Virus record (IMG/VR): IMGVR_UViG_3300025889_000077
Length of the DNA: 64,000 nt
Direction: 5' to 3' (one strand)
Source of the DNA: an uncultured virus (IMG/VR IMGVR_UViG_3300025889_000077)
Lineage: Duplodnaviria; Heunggongvirae; Uroviricota; Caudoviricetes
The position numbers were made by a program, and so were the translations under genes. A model generated the notes under the pieces. It was given only the letters and a program-made list of their open reading frames with translations. It was not told where the DNA came from and ran no database searches. Below are positions 57,331 through 64,000 of this stretch, piece after piece; the first letter of the stretch is position 1; every line of letters starts with the position of its first letter.

Positions 57331-57381
57331 AACTTAAAGTTCTTTGAGTTTAAGAAAGGGAGGATAGTATACAGATACGAA

Positions 57382-57831
57382 TCAGTTCAGTTTGTTACGA
57401 TTGATTCGAATTATACCAGAAGAATCTAATGAGTACAAGTTATGGATTGAATTTTCATTTTGAATCGAATTCATCATCTCCGAGATGTTTTCAAATATTT
57501 CATTTCTGTCTGAATCATGTGATCTAGATTTTTCATAAGTTTCCCACCATTTATTATATTGTTTAACTGCCACTTTACTTGGTTTATTCATAGTCATGAT
57601 ATGCATAGGATTGATGAATACTGGTTGATTGATTTCTTCTTGAAAAAGAATATATGGCCTGAGAATGAAGTAATTGATTCCTTCTTCAATGTCTTCTTCT
57701 GTAATGACAGAAAGAACTTTTCTATAAAATCTAATATGATCGGAAGGAGAATCGACGACTTCAGCAATCACAATATCTCCTGAAGTGAGTTTGAATTGAC
57801 CTAAAGAGATTTGTATTTTTTCTTCATTCAT
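57382..57831 (-). CDS. Hypothetical (Sm-like fold) protein
   Basis: FKLTSGD.VIAEV; usual position between uvsW and gp55. Confidence 0.6.
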   Translation of the reverse strand: MNEEKIQISLGQFKLTSGDIVIAEVVDSPSDHIRFYRKVLSVITEEDIEEGINYFILRPYILFQEEINQPVFINPMHIMTMNKPSKVAVKQYNKWWETYEKSRSHDSDRNEIFENISEMMNSIQNENSIHNLYSLDSSGIIRINRNKLN

Positions 57832-59324
57832 ATTTTTACCTCGTATTCTTTCCATGGGAACTCTTCTCTATTATAAATCTTACATCTTTCAACGGAATGA
57901 CGAAGTGCGAAATTGAAGTATTTTTTATAAGATAGGTCATCAACTATGTCATACAGATTGAGAGGTTCTTTATTATCGGATATTCGAAGTCCGCGACCAA
58001 TTGACTGAAGAACACGAATCTGAGATTTAGAAGGACTCGAAAGAATGATGTTATGAATATTGCGTATGTTGATCCCAGTACTGAACACGCCGTAGGAAGC
58101 AACAATGATAGCATTTTTCTGTGTCTCCACAATCTTACGAATCATCTCACGGTCTTCTGTATCAATGCCTCCATAAACAAAAAAGACTTTTCTATCATCA
58201 GGTACAGAATTCTTTATCATATCGTATAAGGGTTTTCCATGTTTCTCCACGAACTGAAAAAGAATCAAAGTGTTTCCGTTTAGAGATTTTGCTAGATTTT
58301 TTGTAAACTTGTTTCGGCCGGAATATGTAACGATATAATCAACTTCCTTTTGATATTCTGTTTTGACTAAGAACTTCCGCACTTCTTCCGGATAAACCAA
58401 TCTCAATACACTTATATTTATATTCGAAAGCACTTTGTTTTCCTGAAGCGTTTTTGTCTTTGTCACTCGAAAGATTGGTCCGAAATGGCCTTGAAGAACA
58501 AGTTCATTGACTTGAGAACCATCTAATGTGCCAGAAACACCAATCCGATATTCTGCTTCAGTTAGTTTATTCATGATCGTCGAAAGAGATTTTGCTTTGA
58601 ATAAGTGTGACTCATCTCCCATGATAGCGCCAAATCTAGAGAACCATGGTTTTTGTAGTTTATAGATTGATTGCCAAGTCGTTATCACGATTGGTTTGTT
58701 CGTGTTTTTATCCTTGCCAGAATAAATCTTGTGACAATGAGCGTCAACATCATAACCATAATCTCGAAAATCGCCATACATCTGTTCAACCAATGATGTT
58801 GTAGGTACAATAAGCAATACATTCATTTCTAGGACATCCACGAGATATCGAATGATGACATATTGAATAAGAGATTTGCCAGAACCAGTCGGAGATACCA
58901 TTACAGCATTTTTGTTTTTGATGCCATGGACGATAGCATTGAACTGATAATCACGGATTTCAATCGGGTTGTCGGCAAGTGTCAGATTCAACGATTTGGT
59001 GAAATCCATAATCTTTGCAGCAGTCGCGTCATTTTTTTGTATAGGAAGACCGTATTGTCCAGACTCAATATATTCAGTTGTGTAATTCCGTTTTTTCGCG
59101 AAGCCTTCTAAATGCGATACGAGACCTGCTGGGAGCAGTCTTGTGCGAGAATCGAATAGTTTTATTTTACCGTCCCACATTCCCGATTTGTATGCGGGCA
59201 TGAACTTATAATTCTCTACATAAAATGAAAAGTGTTCCCCGAGTTCGAATGCGATTCCTTGATTACATTCGATCCGAATCTGAGAATGGTCGATCTTCTT
59301 GATTTTTAATGTATCAGAACTCAT
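57828..59324 (-). CDS. uvsW: DNA helicase UvsW
   Basis: WDGKIKLF; RDYQ; SPTGSGKS; DESH; SGTL; STGINI; QSIGRGLR. Confidence 0.95.
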   Translation of the reverse strand: MSSDTLKIKKIDHSQIRIECNQGIAFELGEHFSFYVENYKFMPAYKSGMWDGKIKLFDSRTRLLPAGLVSHLEGFAKKRNYTTEYIESGQYGLPIQKNDATAAKIMDFTKSLNLTLADNPIEIRDYQFNAIVHGIKNKNAVMVSPTGSGKSLIQYVIIRYLVDVLEMNVLLIVPTTSLVEQMYGDFRDYGYDVDAHCHKIYSGKDKNTNKPIVITTWQSIYKLQKPWFSRFGAIMGDESHLFKAKSLSTIMNKLTEAEYRIGVSGTLDGSQVNELVLQGHFGPIFRVTKTKTLQENKVLSNINISVLRLVYPEEVRKFLVKTEYQKEVDYIVTYSGRNKFTKNLAKSLNGNTLILFQFVEKHGKPLYDMIKNSVPDDRKVFFVYGGIDTEDREMIRKIVETQKNAIIVASYGVFSTGINIRNIHNIILSSPSKSQIRVLQSIGRGLRISDNKEPLNLYDIVDDLSYKKYFNFALRHSVERCKIYNREEFPWKEYEVKI

Positions 59325-59391
59325 ATTTTTGGTTTACTCTTGAATAAATATATGTTACTATTTATGATGATTGATTCAAAGGGATTTTGAG

Positions 59392-59838
59392 ATGACTGAA
59401 CTCGACAAGATTTTAGAAATGTGGTCAGCGGATTGCCAGATCAATACTATGAAATTGGATGAAACATCAGCAGAAACTCCGATGCTACACCAAAAATATT
59501 TATCTCTGATGGCTTCCACAAAATTGAAGATAAAAAGAATCGAGAACGAACAGAAATCTTTACTTCACAAAAAATGGCTTTGGTATCAAGGAAAAATGTC
59601 TCAATCAGAGATTGAAGCCCTTGGTTGGGAATACGATCCACTACACGGAAAAAAGATTTTGAAAGGAGAATACGAATATTATTACAATTCAGATTCCGAC
59701 ATTCAACAATCGGAGGAAATGTTGACCTATTGGAAAACTGTGAAAGAAACTCTTGAAGAAATCATAAACACATTACGCTGGCGGCATTCTACAATAAAAA
59801 ACATTATCGACTTCAAAAGATTTGAGTCTGGGAATTAA
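59392..59838 (+). CDS. uvsY: Recombination mediator UvsY
   Basis: W..D..I; P.LH.KYL; K..WY.GK; Y..SD.DI; R...IKNIIDF..F..G. Confidence 0.88.
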   Translation: MTELDKILEMWSADCQINTMKLDETSAETPMLHQKYLSLMASTKLKIKRIENEQKSLLHKKWLWYQGKMSQSEIEALGWEYDPLHGKKILKGEYEYYYNSDSDIQQSEEMLTYWKTVKETLEEIINTLRWRHSTIKNIIDFKRFESGN

Positions 59839-60359
59839 TCGCCTGCTCTATCACTCAAACAGAAAGTTGTATATTTGAATGTGATTGGAAGTATGATATA
59901 TTGGACACCAGAAACTGCTGAGTTGAGAATCATATCACCGAGATTGATTGGGAATGTATCTTTATAATCAAATGTCCTGAGTTCCGTATTATTACTGGTC
60001 AATAGAATAATTCTCATGTCATATTCATAACTGTCCTGACTATCCAATTGACGACTTGATGGTGTTACTCTATTTGTTTCCACAAGTTTTTTCATCCAGT
60101 CGTATATTTCTTCATACACATTCAGATTTTCATCAACGATTGCCTGTACTGTAAGTTCACCATATTCAAGTTTATCGCCTGGGAAAAATATATTTGTTCT
60201 ACGAAATGGTTGATTCGCGACACCTAAAGATACAGAAGGGTGATTAACAGATTGAGCGAAGAACTCAATATTTTTAAATCTTTTACGATTGATGATAATC
60301 TTAAACCCAGTAGGTTGAAGAAAGTTAGAACCATCGAATGTAGATGTTGTTGTAGCCAT
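59835..60359 (-). CDS. gp3: Tail completion / tube terminator gp3
   Basis: NFLQPTGFK; FFAQSVN.P; PGDKL.Y..L....VDE.L..Y.EI..W; FP. Confidence 0.85.
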   Translation of the reverse strand: MATTTSTFDGSNFLQPTGFKIIINRKRFKNIEFFAQSVNHPSVSLGVANQPFRRTNIFFPGDKLEYGELTVQAIVDENLNVYEEIYDWMKKLVETNRVTPSSRQLDSQDSYEYDMRIILLTSNNTELRTFDYKDTFPINLGDMILNSAVSGVQYIILPITFKYTTFCLSDRAGD

Positions 60360-60384
60360 TTCAATTCCTATAAAATCTTTTTAC

Positions 60385-60392
60385 TATTTATA
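60385..60392 (-). promoter_or_regulatory. T4-type late promoter TATAAATA upstream of gp3
   Basis: Consensus on the minus strand. Confidence 0.75.
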
Positions 60393-60404
60393 AGCAAAAA
60401 ATGC

Positions 60405-60433
60405 TTTACAATCTATCGAATCTGTGTTACAAT
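60405..60433 (+). promoter_or_regulatory. sigma70-type promoter TTTACA-N17-TACAAT (extended TG) for the gp45 operon
   Basis: Correct spacing, upstream of AAGGAG. Confidence 0.7.
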
Positions 60434-60467
60434 ACAAAAATATATCTCATAAACGAAGGAGTATACT

Positions 60468-61142
60468 ATGAGTTTTAAATTTTCAGAAACGACACTTTCT
60501 GTCTTGCGAAATTTTGCGACGATAAACGGAAATATCTATTTTAGGCAAGGAAATGAAGTGTCTTCAATTACCGACACAAAAAATTTCATGGCATATGGTT
60601 CCATTGAAGAAGAATTTCCTATTGATTTCGGTATCTACGATTTGTCGGAGTTTCTAAATGTTCTGAGTCTCATGACAAATCCGAGCCTCGATTTCTCTGA
60701 AAACTATTTGGTCGTAAATGACGAATCGGGAACATCACGCATCAAATATTTCTATTCGTCACCTGATATTCTTACTAAATCTGATAAGAAACCTACAATG
60801 CCTTCAGTTGATATGGAGTTTGATTTATCAAATGCGTTGTTGTCCAAACTGAAACGAGCGGGTTCAACTCTCGGTCTTGAATATCTTTCTTTGACAAAAG
60901 AAGGTGAACTGCTCAATCTGTCCGTGATTGATATCAATAATGCCACATCAAACACATATACGACTCAAATTCCTGTCAAAACGGATATGGAAGATTTCAA
61001 TATTCTGTTCAATCTGTCCAACATCCGAATCCTTGAGGGCAACTATAATGTTAAGATCAGCAAAAAACTTATTGCTGAATTGGAGAATACAGAGTATAAT
61101 CTGAAGTACTGGCTTGCTTGTGAAAGGACGAGTACTGTTTGA
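60468..61142 (+). CDS. gp45: Sliding clamp gp45
   Basis: TL.VL.NFATIN; FP.DFGIYDLSEFL; G.Y.V.IS; YW.A.E. Confidence 0.93.
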   Translation: MSFKFSETTLSVLRNFATINGNIYFRQGNEVSSITDTKNFMAYGSIEEEFPIDFGIYDLSEFLNVLSLMTNPSLDFSENYLVVNDESGTSRIKYFYSSPDILTKSDKKPTMPSVDMEFDLSNALLSKLKRAGSTLGLEYLSLTKEGELLNLSVIDINNATSNTYTTQIPVKTDMEDFNILFNLSNIRILEGNYNVKISKKLIAELENTEYNLKYWLACERTSTV

Positions 61143-62071
61143 TGGAAAATCACATCTGGGTCGAAAAATATCGACCAAAAACTATTTCTGAAACTATACT
61201 TCCTTCGCGTCTAAAATCTCAGTTTCAGAAAATGGTGGATACCGGAGAACTTCAGAACATGATGTTCTCCGGGTCTGCCGGCTTAGGTAAAACGACGATT
61301 GCGAAGGCTATGTGTAATGAACTGGGACTTGATTATCTCTTGATCAATGGATCCGAAGAAGGAAATATTGATACACTTCGTGGCAAGATTAAACAGTTTG
61401 CCACATCAGTTTCATTATCAGGTAATAAGAAAGTCGTTATACTGGATGAAGCAGATTATCTAAATCCACAATCTACACAACCAGCATTGCGTGGTTTTAT
61501 TGAACAATATTCGAATAACTGTCGGTTCATTCTGACCTGCAATTTCAAAAATCGTATTATTGAACCTCTACATTCCAGATGCGGTGTATATGAATTCAAT
61601 ACGACGAAAAAAGAATTGGCATCTATGTCAAAAGATATGCATTCGCGTATCAAAGAAATCTTGACTATCGAAAATGTAAAATACGACGACAAGATTATCG
61701 CCGAATACATTCTGAAATATCTTCCAGATTGGCGAAGAACTATCAACGAGATTCAACGAAACTCTTTGTCTGGTGAACTTACTGATGTTTTGAATAAAGA
61801 TGCCACAGAATATAATTCTCTGTTCGGATATTTGAAAACAAAAGATTTCAAGAATATGCGTAAATGGGTTGTACAGAATATGGATGTTGACGCATCTGTA
61901 ATATTTCGCAACATTTATAACAGAATTGAAGAACAGATTAAACCTCAAAGTATTCCTCCATTGATTCTTATTTTGGCAGATTATCAGTATAAAGGGGCTT
62001 TTTGTGCCGATGCTGAAATAAATATCGTTGCGTGTTTGACTGAGATTATGTCTTCTGTGGAGTTCAAATAA
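61142..62071 (+). CDS. gp44: Clamp loader large subunit gp44
   Basis: WVEKYRP; GSAGLGKTT; ILDEADYL; FILTCN; SRC. Confidence 0.96.
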   Translation: MENHIWVEKYRPKTISETILPSRLKSQFQKMVDTGELQNMMFSGSAGLGKTTIAKAMCNELGLDYLLINGSEEGNIDTLRGKIKQFATSVSLSGNKKVVILDEADYLNPQSTQPALRGFIEQYSNNCRFILTCNFKNRIIEPLHSRCGVYEFNTTKKELASMSKDMHSRIKEILTIENVKYDDKIIAEYILKYLPDWRRTINEIQRNSLSGELTDVLNKDATEYNSLFGYLKTKDFKNMRKWVVQNMDVDASVIFRNIYNRIEEQIKPQSIPPLILILADYQYKGAFCADAEINIVACLTEIMSSVEFK

Positions 62072-62096
62072 TGTCTTGTCCATCAAGGAGATATAA

Positions 62097-62474
62097 ATGT
62101 CGCCCTTTGATTTCGTAAACTCTATCAACCAAACCAAGAAAAACTTGATGGTTGACGACTTATCAGAAAAGTCGTATAATGCCTATATCGTAAATAAATC
62201 CTTGTCGTATTTTTCGGATACGGTTCTTCTCGCGAATGAGATGAACCGTTATTCACATTTAGACAATAGATTACAATACGACTTTCTGAAACAAATCGTG
62301 AGGAAACGAAAGCGTTTTTCCAAATGGGACAAACTAAATATAACGGATGATTTACAGACCATAAAAGACTATTATGGATATAGCACATCAAAAGCGAGAG
62401 ATGTTTTGTCTATCATTTCAAAAGAACAGATGAATCAGATGAGAAAATACTTGAATAGAGGTGGTAAAGGTTGA
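62097..62474 (+). CDS. gp62: Clamp loader small subunit gp62
   Basis: PFDFVNSIN; Y..Y.VN..LS...D....ANEMN; RKRKRFSKW; YYGYS..KA. Confidence 0.93.
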   Translation: MSPFDFVNSINQTKKNLMVDDLSEKSYNAYIVNKSLSYFSDTVLLANEMNRYSHLDNRLQYDFLKQIVRKRKRFSKWDKLNITDDLQTIKDYYGYSTSKARDVLSIISKEQMNQMRKYLNRGGKG

Positions 62475-64000
62475 GTTTCTATACGAATGTTGCCAGATAC
62501 GGAAACTCCATTCTGTATCGTGGTTATAATGATAATGGAATAGCAGTACAGGCAAAGTACAAGTTCAAACCCAAGATTTTCGTTCCATCTAAGGATCAAT
62601 CAAAAACGAAAGGTCTTGATGGTAATAATATTGCCGCAGTAGAGTTTGATTCTATGCGAGAAGCATCTGATTTTCTTGACCAGTACAAAGAAATCGACAA
62701 CTTCAAAATGTACGGCACAAAGAAATATATTCAGCAGTTTATTGGTGAAAAGTTTCCAACAGTGCCAAAATATGATATCAATCTCATTGATATTTGTTCT
62801 ATTGATATTGAAGTCGAATCCGATGACGGTTTTCCCGAGCCAGAACAAGCATCCAAAGAAATCACGGCAATCACAATAAAATCCAGCAAGTCTTCCATAT
62901 ATCAAGTTTGGGGTCTTGGTGAATGGTCATTTGAAAAATGTGAAGTTGATCTTGGGGAAGACCTCGTAAAATATCACAGATTTGATAATGAAACGGATCT
63001 ATTGGTAAGTTTCGTTTCGCATTGGTCAGAAAACTATCCAGATGTTATCACTGGTTGGAACGTCAGATTCTTTGATATTCCTTATCTTGTCAATCGTATT
63101 CTCCGTGTGCTTGGCGAAAAAGAAACAAAAAAACTATCACCTTGGGGACTGATCAACGACCGGCAAGTTACGGTTATGAATCGTAAACAAATCTTTTTTG
63201 ATATCACGGGCACCGAAACACTCGACTATATGGAACTTTTCAAAAAGTTTGATCGGGTGTCTGGCAATCAAGAATCTTACAAACTTGATCATATTGCTTA
63301 TTCCGTTCTGGGTGAAAACAAGTTATCATATGAAGAATATGGTAATCTAAACAATCTGTTCCGCGAAAATCATCAAAAGTTCATTGACTATAACATCAAA
63401 GATACTCAATTGATCGAAAGATTGGAGAAAAAACTTGGCATTATTTCTCTAGTTCTTTCCATTTCGTACATGGGGGGTGTGAACTATACTGATACATTAG
63501 GCACTACGGCGATTTGGGAATCTATCATATATCGAACACTCAAACAACTTGACGTATATCCCGAGATTTCAAATCGTACTCCAGTCAAGACTGATTTTAT
63601 CGGCGGATACGTGAAGCCTCCTCAAGTAGGTATGCATAACTGGGTTGTATCATTTGACCTAAACTCTCTGTACCCAAATCTTATTGTACAATGGAACATG
63701 TCTCCCGAAACTATTGTACCTGGTATGCGAACATCTGGTGTAGAATACTATTTGAATCGCAAAGAAACGCTCACGGGCGCTTACACAATAGCAGCAAACG
63801 GTTCCCAATATCGTAAAGATCGACCCGGCATCATGCCTCTGATCATTGAAAATTATTATGATAAGAGGTCTAAAATCAAAAATGAGATGATTGAACACAA
63901 GAAGGAGTATGAGAAAACTCCAACGAGAGACCTCGAAAATAATATTGCTCAGTTGGAAAATGAACAAATGGCAATCAAGATTTTGCTCAACTCGCTCTAC
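62471..64000 (+). CDS. gp43: Family B DNA polymerase gp43, 3'-truncated by the window end
   Basis: TTG start SFYTNV..YGN; ExoI DIE, ExoII TGWNV.FFDIPY, ExoIII YNIKD; motif A FDLNSLYP; motif B KILLNSLY at the window end. Confidence 0.96.
   Translation, partial: MSFYTNVARYGNSILYRGYNDNGIAVQAKYKFKPKIFVPSKDQSKTKGLDGNNIAAVEFDSMREASDFLDQYKEIDNFKMYGTKKYIQQFIGEKFPTVPKYDINLIDICSIDIEVESDDGFPEPEQASKEITAITIKSSKSSIYQVWGLGEWSFEKCEVDLGEDLVKYHRFDNETDLLVSFVSHWSENYPDVITGWNVRFFDIPYLVNRILRVLGEKETKKLSPWGLINDRQVTVMNRKQIFFDITGTETLDYMELFKKFDRVSGNQESYKLDHIAYSVLGENKLSYEEYGNLNNLFRENHQKFIDYNIKDTQLIERLEKKLGIISLVLSISYMGGVNYTDTLGTTAIWESIIYRTLKQLDVYPEISNRTPVKTDFIGGYVKPPQVGMHNWVVSFDLNSLYPNLIVQWNMSPETIVPGMRTSGVEYYLNRKETLTGAYTIAANGSQYRKDRPGIMPLIIENYYDKRSKIKNEMIEHKKEYEKTPTRDLENNIAQLENEQMAIKILLNSLY

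Noticed and set aside
62600..63967. Short ORFs listed in the track inside this region
   Set aside because: They are shadows of gp43, which the track missed because it has no stop within the window.

Overview
A 64 kb segment of an AT-rich, T4-like myovirus genome with the cyanophage/pelagiphage-type core gene set. DUF1127, a ROSE-like hsp20 leader and a GC-rich fibre module suggest an alphaproteobacterial host (inference). Left to right: (i) a small modification-enzyme cluster (2OG-Fe(II) oxygenases, sulfotransferase, methyltransferase, class-III aminotransferase, glycosyltransferase); (ii) a 1868-aa His-repeat tail fibre and accessory fibre genes; (iii) the morphogenesis block gp13-14-15-16-17-18-19-20-(67?)-21-22-23, interrupted by a GIY-YIG endonuclease, putative internal-head proteins, antisense early-promoter cassettes and a collagen-like insert; (iv) small early genes, including two 12-bp-repeat QVxx genes; (v) a 13-gene glycosyl/sulfo/methyltransferase operon; (vi) gp32, gp33, a denV-like gene, DUF1127, hsp20, regA, gp46, gp47, gp55, uvsW, uvsY, gp3, then gp45-44-62 and the 5' part of gp43. 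The most striking unexplained pattern is a strong enrichment of Asp-Ser (DS[A/D/S/T/N/G]) motifs in the probably surface-exposed parts of virion proteins, next to two phage-encoded glycan-modification clusters. This suggests a sequon-directed virion glycosylation or modification system. All calls come from motif recognition by eye; no database searches were run and counts are manual.
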